Shown: piece after piece, positions 31,134 to 41,526 of the stretch
Layout: every line of letters starts with the position of its first letter
Position numbering within the stretch: position 1 is the stretch's first letter
NCBI GenBank assembly: GCA_964640435.1
Contig: CAZXFJ010000001.1
Location: forward strand, 64,542 to 128,541
From: an uncultured Gammaproteobacteria bacterium
GTDB taxonomy: Bacteria; Patescibacteriota; Microgenomatia; Levybacterales; GWA1-39-11
Direction: 5' to 3'
DNA length: 64,000 nt
Notes under the pieces: model-generated
What the model was told of the DNA's origin: nothing
The model's database searches: none
What the model saw: only the letters and a program-made list of their open reading frames with translations
Made by a program: the position numbers and the translations under genes

Positions 31134-32207
31134 CTACTTAGTAGATTTAGTAAGTTGTTCCAAGCCCTCTTTGGTAATTAAAAAATCGTCTTCTATTCTA
31201 ACCCCTCCAATTCCCGGAATGTATATACCTGGTTCAATTGAAAAATAATTTCCTTCAGTCAGAGTATCTTTTGAGTTTGGGTGTAAATGAGGCGTTTCGT
31301 GTACTTCCATGCCTATTCCATGCCCAAGTCCATGAGGAATATGATCAAATCCGTTCTTCTTCATAACTGCGTTAGCAACATTTGCGCCTTCTGAAGCGTC
31401 GACTTTTCTAGCTTCAATAAAAAGAGCATTATAAACTTTTTGTGCCGTTGTTTGTGCTTCTAGGACGGCTTTATACATTTTTCTTGCTTTATTGGATACA
31501 GTTTCTGTAAGAACTGTGCGAGTCATATCAGAGCAATATCCACCAACTTTTGCTCCAAAATCAAGTAAAACAAACTCATCATTCTCTGAAAGTTTTTTAT
31601 CTGATGTATGATGATGTGGAACTGATGAATTAGGACCAAACGCAACTATAGATTCAAAAGCGAGCTGTCCTCCGTATTTTTTAATATAACTTTCAATTTC
31701 GTAAGCGATTTGTTCTTCAGTAACACCAGTCTGTATTAATGGTTTTACGTATTCATACGTGTCATCTGTAAGTTTTGCAGCTTTTTTAAGAAGTTCTATT
31801 TCGTTTTTGTCTTTGATTTTTCTTAAATCCTCAACTATATAATCTTTGAGTTTGAGTTTAGCTTCAATTTCTTTTTTAAACTTTTCATATTCTGTAAAGG
31901 TTAAATTATTCTCAAAACCAACAGTTTGTATATTCTTGCTCTTTACTATTTGGTTAATTTTTTTAGCAACAGGTTTTTTGATTGTTGCTCTTATATTTGA
32001 AGGTAATATTCGCTCAACAGCTTCAATATATCTTGAATCTGTGAACAAAAGAGCGCTATCTTTTGTGATAAAAAGATATGCTTCACGTTCTTCTCTTGAG
32101 AAATTGGAGAAACCGGTTAAGTAGAAGATATTTATAGGAGAGGAGATAATTATTGCATCAATTTTATTCGTAGGAAATAATTTTCTTAAGTTTTGAATTC
32201 GATTCAT
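31134..32207 (-). CDS. Xaa-Pro aminopeptidase (M24B)
   Basis: LFTDSRY, DFGA..YCSDMTRT, HGLGHGIG..VHE, EPGIY and GVRIED. Confidence 0.95.
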   Translation of the reverse strand: MNRIQNLRKLFPTNKIDAIIISSPINIFYLTGFSNFSREEREAYLFITKDSALLFTDSRYIEAVERILPSNIRATIKKPVAKKINQIVKSKNIQTVGFENNLTFTEYEKFKKEIEAKLKLKDYIVEDLRKIKDKNEIELLKKAAKLTDDTYEYVKPLIQTGVTEEQIAYEIESYIKKYGGQLAFESIVAFGPNSSVPHHHTSDKKLSENDEFVLLDFGAKVGGYCSDMTRTVLTETVSNKARKMYKAVLEAQTTAQKVYNALFIEARKVDASEGANVANAVMKKNGFDHIPHGLGHGIGMEVHETPHLHPNSKDTLTEGNYFSIEPGIYIPGIGGVRIEDDFLITKEGLEQLTKSTK

Positions 32208-32818
32208 TTTGTTGGTTTTGTAAATAGTGCGGAAATGAATAAGTCATTGTACTTACTTAATAATAATTTTGATGTATCTTCTGGCCCATACATTCCATAG
32301 TTGAGGCCATTTGCTACCCATATATTATCTTCTAATAGTTGACTATATCCATTTAAGGCAAAATTTTGTCCTGACCATGTGACATGCGCAGATTTTACTA
32401 GATCTCCTGTTTTTGCGAATTCATCTACAAACATTGCGAAATTATCTGAGTCAGGTAGCCAACGACTTTCACATGCGCCTACTTGTTGATCTTGTGAATT
32501 AAAAAAATCTAACGCAAGTCGTACAAACTTACCTGCGAACATGTCTGGGTGTCTAGTGACGCCGTTATATTCTTGATCATGAATAGGAAGGATTTTAGTA
32601 CGTAAATTAAAACTTGCTATTCCACTAAAAACAAAAGCATCAAGTATATACGGAGGGTCTTGGACCTCAATATTATAAGGTTTTATGGTATATGATAGGT
32701 CCCGACCAGAAGCTGCCTTAAATTTACCAGAATTTCCTTCAGTTTCTGCTTGTTTAAATAGTAAATCAAAATTAATTCCTCCTCGGCCAGGATTATAAGG
32801 GTATTTGTTTTCAACCAT
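32204..32818 (-). CDS. Hypothetical protein
   Basis: Start placed at the ATG at 32818, 7 nt after TGcTATAAT; ATGA overlap with the peptidase gene. Confidence 0.7.
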   Translation of the reverse strand: MVENKYPYNPGRGGINFDLLFKQAETEGNSGKFKAASGRDLSYTIKPYNIEVQDPPYILDAFVFSGIASFNLRTKILPIHDQEYNGVTRHPDMFAGKFVRLALDFFNSQDQQVGACESRWLPDSDNFAMFVDEFAKTGDLVKSAHVTWSGQNFALNGYSQLLEDNIWVANGLNYGMYGPEDTSKLLLSKYNDLFISALFTKPTK

Positions 32819-32847
32819 AGGCACGATTATAGCAAAACAACATAGTA

Positions 32848-32876
32848 TTTACACTCAGATCACTTTCTGATAAAAT
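32848..32876 (+). promoter_or_regulatory. fusA promoter
   Basis: TTTACA (32848-53), 17 bp, TAAAAT (32871-76) with extended TG. Confidence 0.75.
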
Positions 32877-32883
32877 AGACTCA

Positions 32884-32910
32884 CGTTCGATCTTCGAGCG
32901 AATTTTTTTT
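32884..32910 (+). promoter_or_regulatory. Hairpin plus U8 tract in the fusA leader
   Basis: CGTTCGA-tct-TCGAGCG, then AA and T8, ending 3 nt before the ATG. Confidence 0.55.
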
Positions 32911-32913
32911 AAT

Positions 32914-35061
32914 ATGGCTGATAATTCAAGACAAGTACCACTCGATAAGATCCGAAATATCGGAATCATTGCCCACATTGACGCAGGAAAAACAACAACT
33001 TCTGAGCGTATCCTTTATTACACTGGAAAATCATACAAAATTGGAGATATTGATGATGGAAACACAGTTATGGACTGGATGGATCAAGAAAGAGAAAGAG
33101 GTATTACTATCGTTTCTGCTGCTACAACAACTTTCTGGACTCACACAGAGTTAGGTCGATCAGAAGGTCAAGATGTTCCATACAGAATCAATCTTATTGA
33201 TACCCCAGGTCACGTTGACTTTACAGCAGAAGTAGAGCGTTCACTTCGTGTTCTTGATGGAGCAGTAACAGTACTTGATGCTGAAGAAGGAGTTCAATCA
33301 CAGTCTGAAACAGTTTGGAGACAAGCTGATAAATATCACGTTCCACGTATCTGTTTTGTTAACAAAATGGATAAGCTTGGAGCAGACTTCTTAAAGACTG
33401 TTAAATCTATTGAAGATAGACTTGGAGCAAACCCATGTATTATGGTTCTTCCAATTGGAGCTGAAAATGACTTCGTTGGAGTTGTTGACCTTCTTAATAT
33501 GAAAGCAATTACTTGGGATGGTGGAGAACTGGGTGCAAAATATGATGTTTCTGATGAAATTCCTGAAAGCATGAAGGCTCAAGTTGAAGAATATCGCCAC
33601 AAGATGATTGAGAAGATTGCTGAAAACAATGATGATCTTTTGGAAAAATACTTAAATAATGAAGAAATCTCAAATGAAGAATTAAAGCAAGGTCTTCGTA
33701 AAGCTGTTGTTGGATATAAATTAGTTCCAATTTATGCTGGAACCTCACTTCGAAACAAAGGAGTGCAGCCACTTCTAGATGCTGTTGTTGATTATCTTCC
33801 ATCACCAGCGGATCTTGGAATAGTTAAGGGAACAAATCCAAAAAATGGAGAAGAAGAGGAAAGAAAACTTGTTCCAGAAGAAGCATTTACAGGATTTGCA
33901 TTCAAAGTTCAAATCGACCCACACGTTGGAAAAATTACATTCGTTCGTATCTACTCAGGAAAACTTGTATCAGGATCATATGCATTTAACTCAACTCGTG
34001 ACGTAAAAGAGCGCGTTGGAAGACTTCTTCTTATGCATTCAAACCAAAGAGAAGAAATTGCAGAAGCATATGCCGGAGAAATCGTTGCTGTTGTTGGACT
34101 TAAGGATACAATCACCGGAGACACGATTTGTGATGAAACAAAACCAATTGTCCTTGAGAAGATTACTTTCCCAGAGCCTGTTATCTCTCTTGCTATTGAA
34201 CCAAAAACAAAATCAGATCAAGAAAAGATGGGTCTTGCTTTGAAGCGACTCATGGAAGAGGATCCAACCTTTACAGTTAAAACAAACCACGAAACAAACC
34301 AAACCATTATTTCCGGAGTTGGAGAACTTCAACTTGAAATTATGGTTGATCGTATGAAGCGTGAATTTAACGTTGAAGCAAACGTTGGTGCACCTCAGGT
34401 TGCATACAAAGAAACATTCGGTCAAGAGGCAACTGGAGAGGGAAAATACATCAAGCAAACTGGAGGACGTGGTCAATACGGTCACTGCTGGCTTCGTGTT
34501 GAGCCAATGCCAAGGGGTGAGGGAAGTGTATTCGTTAATGCAATTAAGGGAGGAGCAATTCCTGCAGAATTCGTTACTTCAGTTGAAAAAGGAGTCAAGG
34601 AAACAGAAGAAAAAGGAATGTTACTTGGTTACCCAATGGTAGACATGAAAGTTACAGTTTATGATGGTTCTTACCACGATGTTGATTCATCAGATATCGC
34701 ATTTAAGATTGCAGCATCTATGGCGCTTCAAGCAGCTTCTAAAAAAGGTGACATGAAACTTCTGGAGCCTATTATGAAGATTGAGGTTACAACTCCAGAA
34801 GAATTTATGGGAGATGTTATTGGAGATTTGTCATCAAAGAGAGCGCAAATTTCAGGATCAGAAGAGCGCGGAAATGCACGTATAATTTTGGCTATGGTTC
34901 CATTGTCGGAACTTTCAGGATATGCAACAACTTTAAGATCAATGTCTCAAGGACGTGCAACTTACTACATGGAGCCTTCACACTATGAAGAAGTTCCAAC
35001 TAACATTGTTCAAGCAATGCTTGCAAAGTCCACCTTCACCGGACGCATGAACGCTCAATAA
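32914..35061 (+). CDS. fusA: Elongation factor G
   Basis: [29 protein letters not shown] and [11 protein letters not shown]. Confidence 0.99.
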   Translation: MADNSRQVPLDKIRNIGIIAHIDAGKTTTSERILYYTGKSYKIGDIDDGNTVMDWMDQERERGITIVSAATTTFWTHTELGRSEGQDVPYRINLIDTPGHVDFTAEVERSLRVLDGAVTVLDAEEGVQSQSETVWRQADKYHVPRICFVNKMDKLGADFLKTVKSIEDRLGANPCIMVLPIGAENDFVGVVDLLNMKAITWDGGELGAKYDVSDEIPESMKAQVEEYRHKMIEKIAENNDDLLEKYLNNEEISNEELKQGLRKAVVGYKLVPIYAGTSLRNKGVQPLLDAVVDYLPSPADLGIVKGTNPKNGEEEERKLVPEEAFTGFAFKVQIDPHVGKITFVRIYSGKLVSGSYAFNSTRDVKERVGRLLLMHSNQREEIAEAYAGEIVAVVGLKDTITGDTICDETKPIVLEKITFPEPVISLAIEPKTKSDQEKMGLALKRLMEEDPTFTVKTNHETNQTIISGVGELQLEIMVDRMKREFNVEANVGAPQVAYKETFGQEATGEGKYIKQTGGRGQYGHCWLRVEPMPRGEGSVFVNAIKGGAIPAEFVTSVEKGVKETEEKGMLLGYPMVDMKVTVYDGSYHDVDSSDIAFKIAASMALQAASKKGDMKLLEPIMKIEVTTPEEFMGDVIGDLSSKRAQISGSEERGNARIILAMVPLSELSGYATTLRSMSQGRATYYMEPSHYEEVPTNIVQAMLAKSTFTGRMNAQ

Positions 35062-35086
35062 TCTAGGGCTTTAATTTTCTTCACAG

Positions 35087-35851
35087 TTAAATTTCAAATT
35101 CCATACCGTCGTATGCTGCTGTAGTATTGGAGAAAATTTTCTTTGCTTCATCTTCTGCCCATTTTCTATCAGATGTTTCAGGAAAAAGATTTGCTCCAAA
35201 GTGGGTAAGAATTAATTTCTTTACATTCCCATCTTTTGCAAGAGTTGCTGCTTGAATAGGATCTAAATGTCCCCAGATGTCAGGATCTTCAGTTTTTTTA
35301 TTTGCACATTCTGAAATTAGTAAATCAGCATCTTGAGCAAGTTTTTTTGCTTCGTCTGTAAATCCACAATCGCCAGTGTATGCAATCATTTTTCCTTCTA
35401 TTTCAAATTTAAATCCATGATCAATATATGCATGTTTTTGTTTAATGGCAGCAGCTTTAAAAGGAATATTTTCAAATTCTTCAGATAGTTCATGAAGTCT
35501 TATTTCGGTTTTTAATTCCCCGATAACACCTTCAATTGGTTCATAGCCAATCGTGAATGGAGGATCGACTATGGTTTTAAAATCTTTTGCTCTGTCTGTT
35601 CCAACATAGACGTCAATTCCTTGCTTAAAGTTGAATTTTGCTAGTGTATGAAGACCGGAGGTATGATCTATATGGAAATGGGAGATAAATAGAGTAATGG
35701 GTTTATATTCATTAATGTATTGGTCAAGCTTGTAGAATCCATTTCCTGCATCAAGAATAATATATTGGTCTTTTGTGTCTATTAAGATACATGGTGTATC
35801 TCCAGTGGGGCTTGAATACCATCCGTTTGTGCCAAGAAATGTTATTTTCAT
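35087..35851 (-). CDS. RNase Z/BN-like MBL-fold hydrolase
   Basis: FLGTNG, LDAGNG, SHFHIDH, YTGDC, GHL and LTHF. Confidence 0.85.
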   Translation of the reverse strand: MKITFLGTNGWYSSPTGDTPCILIDTKDQYIILDAGNGFYKLDQYINEYKPITLFISHFHIDHTSGLHTLAKFNFKQGIDVYVGTDRAKDFKTIVDPPFTIGYEPIEGVIGELKTEIRLHELSEEFENIPFKAAAIKQKHAYIDHGFKFEIEGKMIAYTGDCGFTDEAKKLAQDADLLISECANKKTEDPDIWGHLDPIQAATLAKDGNVKKLILTHFGANLFPETSDRKWAEDEAKKIFSNTTAAYDGMEFEI

Positions 35852-35961
35852 TTTTTTATTATAGCAAACCTAAACATTGTTATATTTTTAACAATTAGTA
35901 TAAATTTATTAATAATTTCAAAAAACTACAATGTTACAGATAAGTTCTGTATAATATTTTT

Positions 35962-37146
35962 ATGCCAAGAATCAAACTGTCCGAATTTCGGGCAAAAACT
36001 ATTGTTGCAGACTATTTAGGCACCGATTATACCGGAATTTCTTTTGATGCAGATTCTGACGGCGTATCAAAGCTTGATGAAACAGTGAAGCCAGATGCTC
36101 GATACGTTGTAAAAGTTGATCAAGGGATAAAAAAGCGTTTTAAACAAGGTTTAATTAAACTTGATGTAACTGGAGTTGATCAGATAATGGATGCATTATC
36201 AGATCTTCGTAAAAAAGGATTTAACCATTTTTTAATTGAAGAGCTTGTCCCACATGAGGACCATGAGGAGCGATATCTAGCACTCGAGCGCACAGATAAG
36301 GGAATTGTTATTCATTATTCACTTCATGGAGGAGTTGAGATTGAGTCTCATCAGTCAGATGTTAAAACAGCAATTTTAAAAGATTCAGAAGAGGTAAGAA
36401 GAATTGCTGAGGAGATTGATCTAAATCCAGATACTCTCGAAAAAATAGTTGAGCTTTTTGATATTAATTATTTTTCATTCTTAGAGATAAACCCACTCGT
36501 TATTTCTTTTAAGAATCCATACTTTTTAGATATTGCTTCAGAAGTAGATTCTGCAGCAGAATTCTTTGTTGATACGTGGTCGCTTGATGACATCCGTAAT
36601 GCAAAACGTAACTTAACAGAAGAAGAAATAAATGTTAGAAAGTTATCAGAAAAAAGTTCTTCATCTCTTTCTTTAACTGTTCTAAATCCAAATGGTTCTA
36701 TTTTCATGTTACTATCTGGTGGAGGAATAAGCGTGGCACTTGCAGATGAAGTAAAGAACTTGGGTCTTGGTCATGAGCTAGCAAATTATGGAGAATATTC
36801 TGGAAACCCAACTGAAGAAGAAACATACATATATACTCAAAATATCTTATCTCTTCTTCTAAAAAGTACAGCAACAAAAAAAGTTCTTGTTATAGGTGGA
36901 GGAGTTGCAAACTTTACAGATGTTCGCAAAACATTTAAGGGAGTAATTCGAGCGTTATCTGAAGTTGCTGATAAGTTGCAAGAGCAAAATGTTAAAGTCT
37001 TTGTTCGTCGTGGAGGTCCAAATCAGGAAGAGGGTCTTGCTCAGATGAAAAAGTTTTTAGAGAACAATAATATTTTAGGATCTGTGGATGGACCAAGTAT
37101 GGTTGTTTCAGAAGTAGTTGATCAGGCTATAAAAACAATAAATTAA
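35962..37146 (+). CDS. aclB: ATP-citrate lyase, ATP-grasp/citrate-binding subunit
   Basis: VVKVDQGIKKR, LEINPL, NYGEYSGNP, IGGGVANFTDV and VRRGGPN. Confidence 0.88.
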   Translation: MPRIKLSEFRAKTIVADYLGTDYTGISFDADSDGVSKLDETVKPDARYVVKVDQGIKKRFKQGLIKLDVTGVDQIMDALSDLRKKGFNHFLIEELVPHEDHEERYLALERTDKGIVIHYSLHGGVEIESHQSDVKTAILKDSEEVRRIAEEIDLNPDTLEKIVELFDINYFSFLEINPLVISFKNPYFLDIASEVDSAAEFFVDTWSLDDIRNAKRNLTEEEINVRKLSEKSSSSLSLTVLNPNGSIFMLLSGGGISVALADEVKNLGLGHELANYGEYSGNPTEEETYIYTQNILSLLLKSTATKKVLVIGGGVANFTDVRKTFKGVIRALSEVADKLQEQNVKVFVRRGGPNQEEGLAQMKKFLENNNILGSVDGPSMVVSEVVDQAIKTIN

Positions 37147-37147
37147 T

Positions 37148-38944
37148 ATGTTTGACGTTGAAAAAATAATAAATTCAGATCAGAAGGTTTTGGCCATTGG
37201 GTCATACCCTTCAATAATTCAAGCTATGCTTGATTTTGATTTCCTCGCAGGAAAGAAAAATCCAAGTGTTGTGGGAATTGTTGCCTCGGGCCGCCGTGGT
37301 GAGCGATATTTCTTTGGTAAAAAAGAAATAAGAATTCCTGTATATTCTTCTGCAAAAAAATTACCTGAAAAACTAAAAGAAGAAATAACATACATCATTA
37401 ATCTTGGATCAGGCCGCCGTGTCTTAACTTCAACAACAGAGGCTTTAGAAAATCTACCAAATGTAGTTGGTGGATCAGTATTTGCAGAAGATACTCCAGA
37501 AAAACATGCAATTGATTTAAAAGCATATATTGAAGCAAGGAAAATCTTTTTAACAGGACCTGCGTCTGTTGGGTTTTTAATTCCAGGAATATTTAAGCTT
37601 GGCGCTATTGGTGGAGTAACACACAAGCAGTTAATTGACGCAAAATTATTTGAACGAGGAAATGTTGCAGTTTTCTCTGCTTCGGGTGGAACTACAAATG
37701 AGTTAATTAATATTCTCGCACAGCACAATAAAAAGATTTCTTTTGCCCTTCATTTTGGAGGAGATAGGTTCCCTATGGTTCCACCAAAAGAGGCATTTTT
37801 AGCAGCACAAGCAGATCCTGCAACAACTCACATTGTATATTTTGGTGAACTTGGTGGAATCGATGAATATGCAGTCTGTCAACTAATTCAGGAAGGAAAA
37901 TTGACAAAACCAATTATAGTTTATATTGCTGGAGTAGTTGCTGAGGTTTTCCCAGAATCTCCTCAATTTGGTCACGCAAAAGCTATGGCATCAACCGCAC
38001 GTGAAACAGCTCGTGCAAAGCGCGATGCATTAAAAGCCGCTAGTGCTCAGGTTGCAGAAAGTTTTGCAGAATTTGTTGCTCTTATGAGCAATATTCCATC
38101 GCACTCAACCACTGAAGAGAAAAAGCACAATGATATAATTACGCAACATATGGAAAACAGAAAGCATGCTATTATTGCTACCAGTATTTCAAAAGATGAA
38201 GACGGACAGGTAAAAGTTTTGGGACAAGATTTACTAAAGTTTGCAGAAGATCACTCTTTTGGTTATATAGTTGTCTCAATGTTTTTGGGTAAACAGATAA
38301 AAAGCCGCGAGCTCGAAGACTATATTAATTTTATCTTGAAGCTTCTTGTTGATCATGGACCTTATGTTTCAGGAGCAGTAAACACTATTGTTACCTCTCG
38401 CGCTGGTCGTGATTTAGTTTCGTCTCTTTCCGCAGGACTTCTAACAGTTGGACCAAGATTTGGAGGAGCAATTAATGAAGCAGCTGCTAATTGGATTGAG
38501 GGAGTTGAGAGTGGAGAATCTGCAGAAAAATTTGTTGAAAGCTTTGCTGCTAAGAAAAAATATGTTTTAGGAATTGGACATAAAAAATACAGAGTAGATA
38601 TGCCTGATCCAAGAGTTACTGCAATTAAAAAATATACTGAAGGACTTGATGCAAAGTACACAAAGTTTGCGTTAAGTGTAGAAAAAGTTACAGTTGCTAA
38701 AAAAGGCAATCTAATTCTAAATGTTGATGGTGCAATAGCCGCAGTTTTGCTTGATATTTTAAGTGAAAAAGAAGGATATACAGTAGACGAACTTAAAGAG
38801 CTTGTTGAAACAGAATTCTTTAATGGATTATTCGTCTTATCTCGCTCTGTTGGATTTATTTCACATTTCTTAGATCAAAAAAGAATGGATGAGGGACTGT
38901 TTAGACTAGAAGAAGAGCATGTAGCCGATGCCTCTGGTGAATAG
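37148..38944 (+). CDS. aclA: ATP-citrate lyase, CoA-binding/citryl-CoA lyase subunit
   Basis: GPASVG, phospho-His motif QFGHA, DHGPYVSGA, GPRFGGA, GIGHK and LNVDGAI. Confidence 0.9.
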   Translation: MFDVEKIINSDQKVLAIGSYPSIIQAMLDFDFLAGKKNPSVVGIVASGRRGERYFFGKKEIRIPVYSSAKKLPEKLKEEITYIINLGSGRRVLTSTTEALENLPNVVGGSVFAEDTPEKHAIDLKAYIEARKIFLTGPASVGFLIPGIFKLGAIGGVTHKQLIDAKLFERGNVAVFSASGGTTNELINILAQHNKKISFALHFGGDRFPMVPPKEAFLAAQADPATTHIVYFGELGGIDEYAVCQLIQEGKLTKPIIVYIAGVVAEVFPESPQFGHAKAMASTARETARAKRDALKAASAQVAESFAEFVALMSNIPSHSTTEEKKHNDIITQHMENRKHAIIATSISKDEDGQVKVLGQDLLKFAEDHSFGYIVVSMFLGKQIKSRELEDYINFILKLLVDHGPYVSGAVNTIVTSRAGRDLVSSLSAGLLTVGPRFGGAINEAAANWIEGVESGESAEKFVESFAAKKKYVLGIGHKKYRVDMPDPRVTAIKKYTEGLDAKYTKFALSVEKVTVAKKGNLILNVDGAIAAVLLDILSEKEGYTVDELKELVETEFFNGLFVLSRSVGFISHFLDQKRMDEGLFRLEEEHVADASGE

Positions 38945-38965
38945 TTATTGTGGTAAAATACCTCT

Positions 38966-39925
38966 ATGAAAGTTTTTCCCGATTTTGAGATTCGTGATTT
39001 GCTTTGGTATAAAATCGGAGGCAAAGTTAGGTTATTTATTGAAGTTTCTACAAAGCAGGATATAAAAGATGCTTTTACCCTTATTAAGCGAGAAAAAATA
39101 CAGAAAATTCTCTTTATTGGAACGGGTTCAAATCTTATTTTTCCAGACGACTACTTTGACGGAGCAGTTATAAAATTTGTGCCAAGTAACGATCCAATCA
39201 GGCTTGTTAAACCACATGTAATCGAAGCAGATGCTGGAGTAATTCTAGATGATGTTCTTCAGTTTGCATTTAATAATAATCTTGCAGGTCTTGAATGGGC
39301 TGGGGGATTGCCGGGAGATGTTGGGGCAGCCATTCGAGGAAACGTTGGTGCATTTGGCGGAGAGATAAAGGATAGTGTTGCAGAAGTGGAAACGTTTGAA
39401 ATCACAAATGGTAAGCCAAAGTTTAGAACCTTAAAGCGTCATCAATTGAAATTCTCATACAGAAATTCTTTAGTGAAGAAGAAAAAGCTTGGGGTACTCA
39501 CTGCTACATTTAGGCTTAAGAAGGTAACAGATTCGGAAATGCTGAAAGTTAGATCAACTTACTTACATAATATTGAATACAGAAAGATAAGGCATCCACT
39601 CGAGTATCCAAATTGTGGATCAGTATTTAAGAATGTTGCTGATCCGATTCATGTAGGAAAAGTTATAGAAGTTTTCCCAGACCTTGAAGAGAAAATAAAA
39701 AGAGATTGGCATGGTAAGGTTGCCATGGGGTATTTGATAAAGAGACTAGATTTGGGAGAGTTTCGCGTTGGAAATGCTATGGTATCAGCAAAGCATAGTA
39801 ATTTTGTTGTTAACCTTGGCGGAGCACGATCAACAGATGTCTTGGCAATAATTAAAACTATTCAAGATAAATTTGTAGAAACTTTTGATTTTCTGCCTGA
39901 AGTGGAGGTGGAAATAGTAAATTAA
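38966..39925 (+). CDS. murB: UDP-N-acetylenolpyruvoylglucosamine reductase
   Basis: IGG, GTGSNL, GLPGDVGAAIRGNVGAFG, GSVFKN and HSNFVVN. Confidence 0.95.
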   Translation: MKVFPDFEIRDLLWYKIGGKVRLFIEVSTKQDIKDAFTLIKREKIQKILFIGTGSNLIFPDDYFDGAVIKFVPSNDPIRLVKPHVIEADAGVILDDVLQFAFNNNLAGLEWAGGLPGDVGAAIRGNVGAFGGEIKDSVAEVETFEITNGKPKFRTLKRHQLKFSYRNSLVKKKKLGVLTATFRLKKVTDSEMLKVRSTYLHNIEYRKIRHPLEYPNCGSVFKNVADPIHVGKVIEVFPDLEEKIKRDWHGKVAMGYLIKRLDLGEFRVGNAMVSAKHSNFVVNLGGARSTDVLAIIKTIQDKFVETFDFLPEVEVEIVN

Positions 39926-40197
39926 TGGACGAGAACAACGAACAACAACAGTTAAATTTAAACATTAATTTTGATTCAACTCCAGTTTTATATACAGATA
40001 ACATTGTTATGACAACAAATGAGAATGGATTTGTACTCAATGTCATGCAGCAACTCATGACAACAAACCAGGTAAGAGTTGTTTCAAGAATTGGAATGAG
40101 TCGAGATCACGCTAAAAAGCTCGTAAAAGAAATGGGAAGACTCCTTGCCATGACTGAGGGAGAGGGACAGACTCAAGAAACTAAAAAGAAGAACTAG
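39925..40197 (+). CDS. DUF3467-like small protein
   Basis: The PVLYTDN...VVSRIGMS..HAKKL pattern resembles DUF3467. Confidence 0.65.
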   Translation: MDENNEQQQLNLNINFDSTPVLYTDNIVMTTNENGFVLNVMQQLMTTNQVRVVSRIGMSRDHAKKLVKEMGRLLAMTEGEGQTQETKKKN

Positions 40198-40259
40198 TCA
40201 ATTGTAAGAGTTTGCCTGAACCTATTGACACCAGTTTGATGCAGTAGTATAAGCAAATT

Positions 40260-40904
40260 ATGGTAGCAGTTGAGAGAGGCGTTTCTCTTGGTTTGCCAAT
40301 TGATATCCCCGTTGCATCGGCACAGACTTCTTATGACCGTGTCACAGATCACAAAATCCTTAAGGGATTGCACGATGGAAATGTTAAAAGGGTTGATGGT
40401 AATTACTTAAATAGAAACATTCCAATCGCATACGATACCGACAGAGCACTTCTTCAGCAGTTAGGGGTTCCATATTTTATGTACGATGCTCTATGGGGAG
40501 CTAATTGGATTGATGGAAATATCCCGGATGAGCAGCGTAAAAAAGAATTGTCTTATCAGTTTTATGATCCTGGAATTCAGTTAATTGAGAATGTAGAATC
40601 AAATGTTCGTGTAGTTATTGACCTTGATAGAAAGGGGCCTTTATATGTTGTTGGTATTCAAAAAGTCGATCCGCGGAGATCCTATGCAAATGAAAATCTT
40701 GTTCGCGATGCTAAGTTTAAGCTTGGTCAGAGTGGAGAAACATATATAGACCCAATGGGAATTACTCGTGAGTATATTCGCTACGATAAAGACTATGATG
40801 TTCGCGACAAAGATCATTTAGAAGATAATTTTGCTGTTGCAGAGCCACTTGTTGCATTGGGACATGTTGCTTCTATTCTTGGATATAGGATAAGAAGCGT
40901 ATAG
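40260..40904 (+). CDS. Hypothetical protein
   Basis: 214-aa ORF preceded by TTGACA (40225-30)-17 bp-TATAAG; no family recognised. Confidence 0.7.
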   Translation: MVAVERGVSLGLPIDIPVASAQTSYDRVTDHKILKGLHDGNVKRVDGNYLNRNIPIAYDTDRALLQQLGVPYFMYDALWGANWIDGNIPDEQRKKELSYQFYDPGIQLIENVESNVRVVIDLDRKGPLYVVGIQKVDPRRSYANENLVRDAKFKLGQSGETYIDPMGITREYIRYDKDYDVRDKDHLEDNFAVAEPLVALGHVASILGYRIRSV

Positions 40905-40944
40905 TTTGACTTAATTCATTTTTTTCCTGTAAACTGTATTTTCA

Positions 40945-41526
40945 ATGACCCCGTTTGATATTCTCCGATTTAATTTTGAATGGATGACTTGGAACATCTT
41001 TTTGGCTATTATACCTGTTGTATTTGGTCGATGGATGGTTAAGGGTAAGACAAATATTAAGCGTATCCTTGCGGGTTTTGTGTGGTTCTTCTTTTTACCA
41101 AATTCAATCTATCTATTAACTGATCCAATTAATTTGTTTAAGGATGCAAGATTTTTAACAGGGATATATTTGATGCTGGACATAATTTTGTTTGCAATCC
41201 TTCTTCCAATTGGAGTCGTGACTTACATAATTTCGATGGGGTATTTTGAACGCATGCTCAATAAGGTTAAGGATAAGATTCTTAAACATTCGATTATTTT
41301 TATTCTTAACTCCTTGGTAGCCTTTGGAGTAGTATTAGGTCGTTTTCAAAGAGTGAACTCCTGGGAAGTGATCACTGATATACCCAACGTTATTGAAAAA
41401 AGCTTAGGAATACTCGCCTCACCTTCGCTTATGTCATGGGTAATATTTTTTGTAATATGTTTTGAGATTGTATATTATTACTTTGGTTCATTTGAAAGGC
41501 TTCGCCAAAGAGTCATCGCTGCGTAG
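40945..41526 (+). CDS. DUF1361 family membrane protein
   Basis: WNIFLA, FLPNSIYLLTD and LGRFQRVNSWE. Confidence 0.85.
   Translation: MTPFDILRFNFEWMTWNIFLAIIPVVFGRWMVKGKTNIKRILAGFVWFFFLPNSIYLLTDPINLFKDARFLTGIYLMLDIILFAILLPIGVVTYIISMGYFERMLNKVKDKILKHSIIFILNSLVAFGVVLGRFQRVNSWEVITDIPNVIEKSLGILASPSLMSWVIFFVICFEIVYYYFGSFERLRQRVIAA

Noticed and set aside
35962-38944. Autotrophic reverse-TCA carbon fixation
   Set aside because: No other rTCA genes are in the window, and ACL alone is insufficient evidence.
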